Part shown: positions 56,169 to 64,000 of the stretch, piece by piece
Layout: every line of letters begins with the position of its first letter
How positions within the stretch are numbered: position 1 is the stretch's first letter
NCBI GenBank assembly: GCA_964431805.1
Contig: CAYSKV010000002.1
Span: forward strand, 8,025 to 72,024
Length of the DNA: 64,000 nt
Direction of reading: 5' to 3'
Source: an uncultured Gammaproteobacteria bacterium
GTDB lineage: Bacteria > Patescibacteriota > Patescibacteriia > Patescibacteriales > GWC2-42-12
Notes under the pieces: generated by a model
Database searches by the model: none
Told to the model about the DNA's origin: nothing
Seen by the model: the letters and a program-made list of their open reading frames with translations, nothing else
Translations under genes and position numbers: made by a program

Positions 56169-56190
56169 GTCATTTGATTTTTGCTATGCT
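56162..56190 (+). promoter_or_regulatory. Candidate promoter of uvrB
   Basis: TTGTCA (56162-56167), a 17-nt spacer, then TATGCT (56185-56190), about 30 nt upstream of the ATG at 56222. Confidence 0.4.
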
Positions 56191-56221
56191 TAGTTAGTTA
56201 AAAACACCTAATTAAATTTTC

Positions 56222-58039
56222 ATGCCAAAATTTGTACTAAAAAGTAAATTTAAACCAACCGGCGATCAGCCAGAAGCTATCGCTAAACTTGTTAATGGCA
56301 TAAAAAAAGGTTATCGCGATCAAACTTTGCTTGGTGTAACCGGCTCAGGTAAAACTTTTACTATGGCTGGAATAATTGAAAAAATTCAAAAACCTACTTT
56401 AATAATTTCCCATAATAAAACTTTAGCTGCTCAACTTTATGGCGAGTTTAAAAAATTTTTTCCTAATAATGCTGTACATTATTTTGTTTCTTATTATGAC
56501 TACTACCAACCAGAAGCCTATATTCCGCAAACTGATACTTACATAGAAAAAGAAGCAACTATCAATGAAGAAATTGATCGCTTGCGTCATGCCGCCACTC
56601 AATCTTTATTAAACCGCGAAGATGTTTTAATTGTAGCCAGCGTTTCTTGCATTTATGGGTTAGGAGATAAAGAAGACTATCGAGCGATGAGCAAAAATTT
56701 TTCAGTCGGACAGAAAATAAAAAGAAATCAACTGCTAAGAGAATTGGTCGCCATTCAATATGTGCGTGATGAAATAGAATTTAAACGCGGCAGTTTTCAG
56801 GTTAAAGGCGAAATAATTAACATCCACCTAGCTACTGGCGAAGCCGTGGTTAAAATTATAATGTTCGGCGACATAATTCAAAAAATTTCTCTTTTATCAG
56901 GCCGTTTAATCAAAGGGAAACCCGTTATTAAATTAGTAAAAGGCGGCGAGGCAGAAACTAAATCTATAACCATTCTGCCAACTAAGCATTTTATGACACC
57001 GCGAGAAAAAATAGAGCAGGCTTTAATAAACATTCGCCAAGAACTTAAATTAAGGCTCGCGGAATTAAGAAAACAAGGAAAAGAGATTGAAGCTTATCGT
57101 TTAGAGAAGAAAACAAATTATGATTTAGAAATGATAGAAGAAGTTGGCTATTGCAATGGCATAGAAAATTATTCTAGGCATTTCGCTGGACGGGCTCCTG
57201 GATCGCCGCCGGAAACCTTAATTGATTTCTTCCCTAAAGACTATTTAATGTTTGTTGATGAATCGCATGTTAGCATACCGCAAATTCGCGGTATGTATGC
57301 CGGCGACCAATCACGCAAACAAACCTTAATTGATTTTGGCTTCCGCTTGCCTAGCGCTCGCGATAACCGACCATTTAATTTTAAAGAATTCAACAGTAAA
57401 ATTAATCAAGCTATTTATGTTAGCGCTACGCCGTCTGATTATGAAATAAAAAAATCTAAACAAATTGTTGAACAACTAATTAGACCGACCGGATTATTAG
57501 ATCCAGAAATTGAAGTTAGGTCGAGCCAAAACCAAATCCAAGATTTAATAAAAGAAATAAAAATTAGAACCGCTAAAAGCCAGCGAACATTAGTCACAAC
57601 TTTAACTAAGCGTATGGCCGAAGAATTATCTAATTACTTGGCTGAACAAAAAATTAAAGCCGCTTATCTTCATAGTGAAATCGAAACTTTAGAACGAGTT
57701 GATATTTTACGCGATTTACGTTTAGGTAAATATGATGTTCTAGTCGGCATTAACCTTCTACGCGAAGGCTTGGACTTACCGGAAGTTTCGCTCGTAGCTA
57801 TTTTAGACGCGGATATGTCAGGTTTTCTGCGCACCGAAACATCCTTAATTCAAACCATGGGACGCGCCGCGCGCCATCTTAAGGGTAAGGTTATTATGTA
57901 CGGCGATAAAATTACTCCGGCTATGCGTTATGCTATTAATGAAACTAAACGCCGCCGCCGTTATCAAGAAAATTACAACAAAAAACACGGCATTACGCCG
58001 CGCCAAATTACTGCCGAATTTCATGAAAGCATAATTTAA
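56222..58039 (+). CDS. uvrB: Excinuclease ABC subunit B (short form, apparently lacking the C-terminal UVR domain)
   Basis: 605 aa, starting [27 protein letters not shown]. It has GVTGSGKTF (Walker A), a DESH box (FVDESHV) and helicase motifs through GRAARH. It ends ..[21 protein letters not shown]. Confidence 0.95.
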   Translation: MPKFVLKSKFKPTGDQPEAIAKLVNGIKKGYRDQTLLGVTGSGKTFTMAGIIEKIQKPTLIISHNKTLAAQLYGEFKKFFPNNAVHYFVSYYDYYQPEAYIPQTDTYIEKEATINEEIDRLRHAATQSLLNREDVLIVASVSCIYGLGDKEDYRAMSKNFSVGQKIKRNQLLRELVAIQYVRDEIEFKRGSFQVKGEIINIHLATGEAVVKIIMFGDIIQKISLLSGRLIKGKPVIKLVKGGEAETKSITILPTKHFMTPREKIEQALINIRQELKLRLAELRKQGKEIEAYRLEKKTNYDLEMIEEVGYCNGIENYSRHFAGRAPGSPPETLIDFFPKDYLMFVDESHVSIPQIRGMYAGDQSRKQTLIDFGFRLPSARDNRPFNFKEFNSKINQAIYVSATPSDYEIKKSKQIVEQLIRPTGLLDPEIEVRSSQNQIQDLIKEIKIRTAKSQRTLVTTLTKRMAEELSNYLAEQKIKAAYLHSEIETLERVDILRDLRLGKYDVLVGINLLREGLDLPEVSLVAILDADMSGFLRTETSLIQTMGRAARHLKGKVIMYGDKITPAMRYAINETKRRRRYQENYNKKHGITPRQITAEFHESII

Positions 58040-58040
58040 T

Positions 58041-59318
58041 TTAAACAAATTGCGCTTTACTTCTTAATTTTCTATGATACCCAATCGCAAAACGATGCGC
58101 TTCGTCACGTACTCGTTTAATTAAATGTAAAGCTGGCGAAGCTAAAGGTAAAACTAATGGTTTATTTTCTCCGGGAAAAAATAATTTATCAGCCGCTAAA
58201 GCCGATCTTAAACCCTCTCCCTTAGAAATAGCAATAAGAGAAATTGTTAACCCTCTTTTTTTTATAATTTGACTAGCGACATTTAATTGCGCCTTACCGC
58301 CGTCAACAATAATTAAATCTGGCAACGGCCAATCATTAGCAAATCTTCTTTCTAAAATTTCTTTTAACATACCAACGTCATTAGCTTGACCTTGGCCGAT
58401 TTTAATTTTAAATTTTCTATACTGATTTTTATCAGCTTCGCCATCGCTAAATACTACCATTGACCCAACGGCGTTTTTACCAAAAATATTAGCGATATCA
58501 TAACCTTCTATTCTTTTCGGCGCTTTTAGCAATCCAATTATTTTTGCCAATTCCACTACATCATTAGCATATTTTTCTCCCACGCTTAGAACTCTTGAAC
58601 TATCTAGCACTTGCTTCATATTTTTTAATTCAAATTTCAGCTTATTCAACTCCTCTTCTCCATTATTTTTTTTCTCTAATTTTTTAATTCTTATTTCTAA
58701 ATTTTTAATTACATTTTTCTTTTTACCTTCTAAAAATAATATGAGCGGTTTAATCACTAACTTTAGATACTCTGCTCGATTAATTTTACCGGCGCAAATT
58801 CCTAAACAACGACCGATTTGATAATAAAAGCAGGGCCGCTTTTGCGTTTTTTTCATATTGCAATAAGGAAAAATTTTTCTAAGCGCGCGAACGGTTTCTC
58901 TGGCCGCTCGGGAACTTACGAACGGTCCAAAATATCTTCCAGTTTTATCAACGGTTCTGGTTAAAAATACGCCGGGGATTTCATCGCTAAGCGATATTTT
59001 AATATAAATAAATCTTTTATCATCTCGTAAAGTTACATTGTATTGTGGCTGGAATTTTTTTACTAAATTAGATTCTAGAAGCAAGGCTTCAATTTCGCTA
59101 TCAGTTTCTACCCATTTAATTTTAACTATTTGCTTTAACATAGAATATTTAGCCGGAGTATGATTAGCGCTTTTTTGCCAATAAGACAATACACGATTTT
59201 TTAAATTTGCCGCTTTGCCAATATAAATAATTTCGCCTTTGCTATTGTAAAACTGATAGCTGCCAGGCGAAGTTGGAATATTTAATTTTTTTACATTTTC
59301 TATAGTCATAAATTTCAA
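58041..59318 (-). CDS. uvrC: Excinuclease ABC subunit C (short form, apparently lacking the C-terminal (HhH)2 domain)
   Basis: 425 aa with an N-terminal GIY-YIG (GSYQFYNSKGEIIYIGKAANLKNRVLSYW), a Cys motif (CFYYQIGRCLGICAG) and a C-terminal endonuclease domain (IEGYDIANI...IIVDGGKAQL...RDEAHRFAIGYHRKLR). The ORF ends 8 aa later. Confidence 0.9.
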   Translation of the reverse strand: MKFMTIENVKKLNIPTSPGSYQFYNSKGEIIYIGKAANLKNRVLSYWQKSANHTPAKYSMLKQIVKIKWVETDSEIEALLLESNLVKKFQPQYNVTLRDDKRFIYIKISLSDEIPGVFLTRTVDKTGRYFGPFVSSRAARETVRALRKIFPYCNMKKTQKRPCFYYQIGRCLGICAGKINRAEYLKLVIKPLILFLEGKKKNVIKNLEIRIKKLEKKNNGEEELNKLKFELKNMKQVLDSSRVLSVGEKYANDVVELAKIIGLLKAPKRIEGYDIANIFGKNAVGSMVVFSDGEADKNQYRKFKIKIGQGQANDVGMLKEILERRFANDWPLPDLIIVDGGKAQLNVASQIIKKRGLTISLIAISKGEGLRSALAADKLFFPGENKPLVLPLASPALHLIKRVRDEAHRFAIGYHRKLRSKAQFV

Positions 59319-59352
59319 CGAAATTTATTCTAACATAACATTATTTTATATA

Positions 59353-59385
59353 AAAAACAACTCACCTAAAATGAGTTGTTTTTAT
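59353..59385 (-). terminator. Hairpin terminator after the ferredoxin gene
   Basis: AAAAAACAACTCA-cctaaaa-TGAGTTGTTTTT. On the minus strand the stem is followed by TTTTTTAT. Confidence 0.6.
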
Positions 59386-59398
59386 AATTTCTAATTTT

Positions 59399-59575
59399 CT
59401 ATTTTACTTCAATCGCTTGCACCGGGCAACTCTCAGCCGCATTTTTAGCGCAGGGTGCTCCTGCTTGATTAATAATTTCCGCTTTGCCTTCAGCGCCTAA
59501 TTTAAAGACAGCTGGGCATAAAGCTTCACAAGTCCCGCAACCAATACACAAATCTTTATTTATTTTTACAGACAT
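59399..59575 (-). CDS. Small single-cluster ferredoxin
   Basis: ORF track 59399..59590, trimmed to the ATG at 59575 (MSVKINKDLCIGCGTCEALCP ... AAESCPVQAIEVK). The CxxCxxC...CP pattern fits small [4Fe-4S]/[3Fe-4S] ferredoxins. Confidence 0.75.
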   Translation of the reverse strand: MSVKINKDLCIGCGTCEALCPAVFKLGAEGKAEIINQAGAPCAKNAAESCPVQAIEVK

Positions 59576-59585
59576 AATAAGTATA

Positions 59586-59642
59586 ATCAAATAAAAATTT
59601 TATGGCCGTAGAGCTTTGCTCGCTATAAAATTTTTATTTGAT
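59586..59642. repeat. 18-bp perfect inverted repeat with GC-rich loop in the ferredoxin leader
   Basis: ATCAAATAAAAATTTTAT (59586-59603) / ATAAAATTTTTATTTGAT (59625-59642). The loop ggccgtagagctttgctcgct resembles the ccgtagctttagcg core of the pheS/valS element. Confidence 0.75.
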
Positions 59643-59688
59643 ACATTATATTTTTTGAAAATATTAAAAACTTTTTTTGAAAAAGTTT

Positions 59689-60498
59689 TTAAAGGGTTAA
59701 GAATTTTTTTACTTCTTCAACTAATTTTGCCGGCGTAATCATTGATTTTAACAAATAAGAAGCCGCCCCTAATTTTTTAGCTCGCTTAATGTCGCCGTCT
59801 TGAGCGCTATTAGATAAAATTATAATCGGCACATTTTTAGTGTTATCATCAGACTTTAAAGCTTTAATAGCTTCATAACCATTCATAGCCGGCATAACCA
59901 TATCCAGAAGAATAATATCAAACTTTTTTTGTCTAGCTAATTTTAGGCCCCAAGCGCCATTGCGCGCCACTTCAATTTGAAAACCTTCTTTATCAAAACG
60001 CATCTTATACATATTAATAATCGCCTCTTCATCTTCAATCAATAAAATTTTTGCTTGTTTTTTTTCTATATTTGCAATTTCAAAATCTTTATCATGAATT
60101 ACCTTGTTCTTTTTATTATTGCCTAATGCGCCCTGACTAAAAACAACATTAATTTTTTCCATTAGCTGGCTCGGGGTCATATTGGCTTTTATAAAATAGC
60201 CATCAGCCCCAGTTTTTTTGCCAGTCTTAATTTCATTCTCTTGGCCCAAATTAGAAAAAATAAAAACTTTGATATTTTTAGTGGCTGCGTCTTTTTTTAA
60301 TTCAGCTAATACTTTAAAACCATCCATGCCTGGTAAAACTAAATCTAAGAGTATTAAATCAGGTTTCTCTTTTTTCGCTAATTCCAACCCTTCTGAGCCA
60401 TCGCGCGCCACAACGGCTTGATAACCTTCATGTTCGAATTTGAGTTTGTACATGTCTGACAAAAATTGCTCATCTTCGACAATTAATATTTTAGGCAT
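59689..60498 (-). CDS. Response regulator with two tandem receiver (REC) domains and no output domain
   Basis: 269 aa. REC1 is KILIVEDEQFLSDMY...PDLILLDLVLPGMDGFKVL...IFSN. REC2 is KILLIEDEEAIINMY...FDIILLDMVMPAMNGYEAI...ILSN. Confidence 0.85.
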   Translation of the reverse strand: MPKILIVEDEQFLSDMYKLKFEHEGYQAVVARDGSEGLELAKKEKPDLILLDLVLPGMDGFKVLAELKKDAATKNIKVFIFSNLGQENEIKTGKKTGADGYFIKANMTPSQLMEKINVVFSQGALGNNKKNKVIHDKDFEIANIEKKQAKILLIEDEEAIINMYKMRFDKEGFQIEVARNGAWGLKLARQKKFDIILLDMVMPAMNGYEAIKALKSDDNTKNVPIIILSNSAQDGDIKRAKKLGAASYLLKSMITPAKLVEEVKKFLTL

Positions 60499-60514
60499 AT
60501 AATTAATTTAATTT

Positions 60515-63166
60515 TTATACCCAAGTAACACAAGCCACTTTATCTGAAGCTTCTTTAAATCTCATTAATCTAACGCCCTGTGTATCGCGGCCTAACTGGC
60601 TAACTGTTTTAAAAGTTAATCTTATAACCTGGCCTTTTTCCGAAATAATAATCAAATCTTTATCAGCCATGGTTTCAGCATTGACTATAAAAGCGTTAAT
60701 CAATTTTCCGGTTTTAGAAGTTACTTTAGCCGTCTTAATGCCTGAGCCGCCTCGACCCTGTAATTTATATAAACCAATCGGCGTTCGTTTACCAAAACCA
60801 TTTTCCGAAATAGCTAAAAGCTGATATTTTTTCATTTTTTCTTTATCATTTTTTATTACACCCATACCGACGACCGTATCATCTTTTTTCTTTAATCTAA
60901 TACCGCGAACTCCGGCCGCATTACGTCCCATATCTCGAACATCCTTTTCTTTAAACCTAATAGCCTGGCCTTGAGCCGTAACTAATTCAATATGATCATC
61001 ACCGTCGGTCGGTTTTACCCAAATTAAAGAGTCATCTTCTTTTATTTTAATAGCGATAAGACCTGAACGCCTAACATTCGAAAAAGCGTCTATCTCAACT
61101 TTCTTAACCAAACCTTTTTCGGTGGCAAAAAATAGATATTTACTCTTAGCTAATTTATCTAAAGGTAAAACTGAGGTAATTTTTTCTCCGCCGGCTAGCT
61201 GCAAAAAATTAACGATTGGCGTGCCTTTGGCCGTTCTAGCAGCTTGCGGGATTTCATAGGCTTTAAGCTGAAAAACTCTACCTTTAGTCGTAAAAAATAA
61301 TAAATCATTATGAGTTAAGGTGGTAAACATAAACTCTACCATATCTTCTTCCTTGGTAGTTAAACCAATAACGCCTTTGCCCCCTCGTCCCTGAACCTTA
61401 AAAGTATCTGGCGTGGTTCGTTTAATATAACCGTCTCGCGTCATCATAACCACAGCCTCTTCGTTCGGCACTAAATCTTCTACGGAAAATTCCTTAACGC
61501 CATGAGCTACTACCTTAGTTCTTCTATCATCCCCGAATTTTTCGGCTAAATCTTTTATTTCTTTCTTTATGATATCTTTTATTTTAACCGCTGACTTTAA
61601 AATTGATTCTAAATCTTTAATTAATGTTTTCTTCTCTTTTAATTCATTCTCTATTTTTAATCTTTCCAGATTAGCTAAAGTTGATAGCTTCATGTCTAAA
61701 ATCGCTATAGTCTGGCGTTCCGACAACTTAAATTTCTTCATTAAATTCACTTTAGCTACCTCTTTATCTTTTGAAGCTTTAATAATTTTAATAACCGCAT
61801 CAATATTATTTAAAGCAATCATTAAACCTTCTAAAATATGGGCTCGTTCACGCGCTTTATCTAAATCAAATTGCGTTCGGCGCTTAACAACTTCAGTGCG
61901 ATGTTTAATATACTCTTCTAAAACCATCTTTAAAGTTAAAACTTTAGGTTGAATACCATCTACTAAAGCTAACATGTTAACATGAAAGGTTTCTTGAAGC
62001 TGGGTCATTTTAAATAGACTGTTTAAAATCTTTTTAGGATAAGCGTCTTTCTTTAAATCCACTACCACTCTAACGCCATCTTTATCCGATTCATCACGCA
62101 AATCTTTTATGCCTTCTATTTTTTTATCTTTTACTAATTCGGCAATTTTTTCTACTAAAGTAGCTTTATTAATCTGGTAAGGAATTTCACTAATAACAAT
62201 TTGAAACATGCCATTTTTATTTTCTACAACTTCGGCTACGCCGCGCATAACAATGCCACCCTTACCAGTCGCATAAGCCTGCAAAATATCTTTTTGGTTA
62301 TAAATTACTCCGCCAGTCGGAAAATCAGGCCCTTTAACAAACTGCATTAAATCTTCAACCGTAGCTTCAGGATCACTAATTAAATGAGTAATCGCATCAG
62401 CCAACTCTCTTAAATTATGTGGCGGTATATTTGTAGCCATACCGACCGCGATACCCATAGTGCCATTTAAAAGTAGATTCGGTAATTTAGCCGGCATAAC
62501 GCGCGGTTCCTGATGAGAACCGTCATAATTTGGCACAAAATCAACAGTATTTTTATCAAGATCAAATAATAATTCCTCAGAAATAGCTGATAATTTAGCC
62601 TCGGTATAACGCATGGCCGCGGCATGATCGCCGTCCATAGAACCAAAATTTCCCTGACCGCGAACTAAAGGATAGCGCATAGAAAAATCTTGCGCCATAC
62701 GCACCATTGATTCATAAGCCGCGCTATCGCCATGCGGATGATATTTACCTAAAACTTCTCCGACGACGGTAGCCGATTTTCTAAACTTACCTCCAGCCCT
62801 AAGTCCGATATTCCACATAGCATATAAAATTCGGCGATGGACAGGCTTTAAACCATCACGAACGTCAGGCAAGGCGCGCGAAACAATCACGCTCATAGCA
62901 TAATCCAAATATGACTTACGCATCTCATCGTTTAGCGCCTGTGGTTCAACTGTACCATAAATAGTTTTTTCTCTTTTAGTAACTGTTAAATTAGCGATTG
63001 AACCAACGCCATTTTTACCTTCCTGCTCTATTATTTCTGGTACTACTTCAACTTTCTTTTTTGGTGATTCAATTTCTACTATTTTTTCTGGTTTAGCTTT
63101 TTTAATTTCAACTTTTTTCTTGATTGGTTTTTCGATCTTTTTTTTCTTCAATATTTTTTTAGGCAT
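60515..63166 (-). CDS. gyrA: DNA gyrase subunit A with a Lys-rich N-terminal extension
   Basis: 883 aa with [30 protein letters not shown], the active-site region [10 protein letters not shown] and a C-terminal beta-pinwheel with GyrA-box-like QGRGGKG. About 55 extra N-terminal residues ([28 protein letters not shown]..) are present. Confidence 0.93.
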   Translation of the reverse strand: MPKKILKKKKIEKPIKKKVEIKKAKPEKIVEIESPKKKVEVVPEIIEQEGKNGVGSIANLTVTKREKTIYGTVEPQALNDEMRKSYLDYAMSVIVSRALPDVRDGLKPVHRRILYAMWNIGLRAGGKFRKSATVVGEVLGKYHPHGDSAAYESMVRMAQDFSMRYPLVRGQGNFGSMDGDHAAAMRYTEAKLSAISEELLFDLDKNTVDFVPNYDGSHQEPRVMPAKLPNLLLNGTMGIAVGMATNIPPHNLRELADAITHLISDPEATVEDLMQFVKGPDFPTGGVIYNQKDILQAYATGKGGIVMRGVAEVVENKNGMFQIVISEIPYQINKATLVEKIAELVKDKKIEGIKDLRDESDKDGVRVVVDLKKDAYPKKILNSLFKMTQLQETFHVNMLALVDGIQPKVLTLKMVLEEYIKHRTEVVKRRTQFDLDKARERAHILEGLMIALNNIDAVIKIIKASKDKEVAKVNLMKKFKLSERQTIAILDMKLSTLANLERLKIENELKEKKTLIKDLESILKSAVKIKDIIKKEIKDLAEKFGDDRRTKVVAHGVKEFSVEDLVPNEEAVVMMTRDGYIKRTTPDTFKVQGRGGKGVIGLTTKEEDMVEFMFTTLTHNDLLFFTTKGRVFQLKAYEIPQAARTAKGTPIVNFLQLAGGEKITSVLPLDKLAKSKYLFFATEKGLVKKVEIDAFSNVRRSGLIAIKIKEDDSLIWVKPTDGDDHIELVTAQGQAIRFKEKDVRDMGRNAAGVRGIRLKKKDDTVVGMGVIKNDKEKMKKYQLLAISENGFGKRTPIGLYKLQGRGGSGIKTAKVTSKTGKLINAFIVNAETMADKDLIIISEKGQVIRLTFKTVSQLGRDTQGVRLMRFKEASDKVACVTWV

Positions 63167-63178
63167 ATTTAAAATTTT

Positions 63179-63643
63179 TTATTTATTATTACTTATTGTA
63201 CTACTTGCCGTCGTGCTGGTTGCGATCGTACTAGATGCTACATCGTTTATTAATTTTTCTTTTAGCAAATTAATTTGTTCGTTCGATAACTCAGGTTCTT
63301 CTGGGTTTGTATTTTGCGCAACGGTTTGCGCTTGTTTAATTTCCGCCATGCCTTGTTTTATCTGGCCTAATGTTTTACTTAGTTCAGTTCTAGTTTGTTC
63401 CCAATTAAATGAACTCTTATTAACATTATTTGAATTCATTTTAAATTGATATCTTAGATTAAAAATCCAGGCTACAAAAAAAATCATCATAAAGCAAGCC
63501 ACGCCAACTCGCATTAACATTATTTTTTCCTTTTCTATTTCTTCATTAGTTTTTTTTTCTAAAACTGTATTGTTAGATATTTTATTTATTTTTTTGTCTT
63601 TTTGAATCTTAACTTTCAATTTTTTTTGCCCTTTTTTCGGCAT
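63179..63643 (-). CDS. Membrane-anchored protein, unknown function
   Basis: 154 aa with a Lys-rich N-terminus, one TM (MLMRVGVACFMMIFFVAWIF) and a Ser/Thr-rich tail. Confidence 0.55.
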   Translation of the reverse strand: MPKKGQKKLKVKIQKDKKINKISNNTVLEKKTNEEIEKEKIMLMRVGVACFMMIFFVAWIFNLRYQFKMNSNNVNKSSFNWEQTRTELSKTLGQIKQGMAEIKQAQTVAQNTNPEEPELSNEQINLLKEKLINDVASSTIATSTTASSTISNNK

Positions 63644-63790
63644 AAAATTACGCTTAAAAATCGCTTCTAAAAAGCGGTTAATTCTACTTAAATTATAACA
63701 AAAAAAATTTAAAAAGTAAACACTTTTTATTATAAAAAATAATATAATAATATACCTTATTTTAAGGCTAATGTTAAATAAAAATATATT

Positions 63791-63819
63791 AAAAAACTCT
63801 GGCCTAAGCCAGAGTTTTT
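63791..63819 (-). terminator. Rho-independent terminator
   Basis: AAAAAACTCTGGC-ctaa-GCCAGAGTTTTT. On the minus strand it is followed by a T-run, and it lies 25 nt after the stop at 63844. Confidence 0.7.
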
Positions 63820-63843
63820 ATACTCTATATATATTACATTTTT

Positions 63844-64000
63844 CTACCTCCCCGCCCCGCCATAAGCAACCGCTCTGACAATGTTCCAGGCTAAAGCATT
63901 AACCGGACTATGTTCATAGATCCATTTGAAAGTTGTAATAGCGGTTTGTTCGCTCATTAGGTTTCTGGGTCTGGGCATTAAACCATAGGCCATAACCATA
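63844..64000 (-). CDS. 3' end of an unidentified gene entering from the right edge
   Basis: The minus-strand frame is open from base 63999 to TAG at 63846-63844 and reads ..MVMAYGLMPRPRNLMSEQTAITTFKWIYEHSPVNALAWNIVRAVAYGGAGR*. A terminator follows. The track does not list it (edge-truncated or under 60 aa). Confidence 0.5.
   Translation of the reverse strand, partial: MVMAYGLMPRPRNLMSEQTAITTFKWIYEHSPVNALAWNIVRAVAYGGAGR

Overview
Low-GC, tightly packed bacterial DNA with about 45 genes, mostly on the minus strand. By inference it resembles a Candidate Phyla Radiation / Patescibacteria (Parcubacteria-like) genome: a housekeeping-only repertoire, almost no Shine-Dalgarno motifs, a four-helix-bundle 'IVS protein' gene, a GIY-YIG mini-element and several giant envelope proteins. 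Recognisable genes are pheS/pheT, argS, tyrS, valS, murI, uvrA, uvrB, uvrC, gyrA, rmuC, a UvrD-type helicase fused to a Cas4/AddB-type nuclease, an M16 peptidase, an O-antigen-ligase-like protein, DedA, a DHH phosphoesterase, Hsp20, VanW, a double-REC response regulator, a small ferredoxin, tRNA-Ile(UAU) and tRNA-Val(GAC). Roughly a third of the window encodes three huge envelope proteins. These are a 4543-aa mosaic protein (19833-33464), a 1174-aa glycine-rich protein (12987-16511), and a >1415-aa cysteine-pair-repeat protein that runs off the left edge (1-4245) and is absent from the ORF track. Most unusual observations: (i) Several families of short palindromic or structured repeats have copies translated in frame inside essential aminoacyl-tRNA synthetase genes (pheT, pheS, valS, argS) as well as in intergenic DNA. 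(ii) A four-helix-bundle (Avd/IVS-protein-like) ORF sits between the two arms of a heptamer-repeat hairpin between pheS and pheT, and an 'empty' copy of the same hairpin lies 2.5 kb away. (iii) Two GC-rich, ORF-free, stem-rich regions with their own TTGACA promoters (41.3-41.7 kb and 55.99-56.13 kb) could not be assigned to a known RNA family. (iv) Perfect duplications of an anomalously GC-rich block occur inside the giant gene. Its extreme C-terminus is an FGE-sulfatase/C-type-lectin-like domain, the fold used by DGR variable proteins, but no RT or template repeat was seen here. No CRISPR array, rRNA, integrase/transposase or prophage module was seen.
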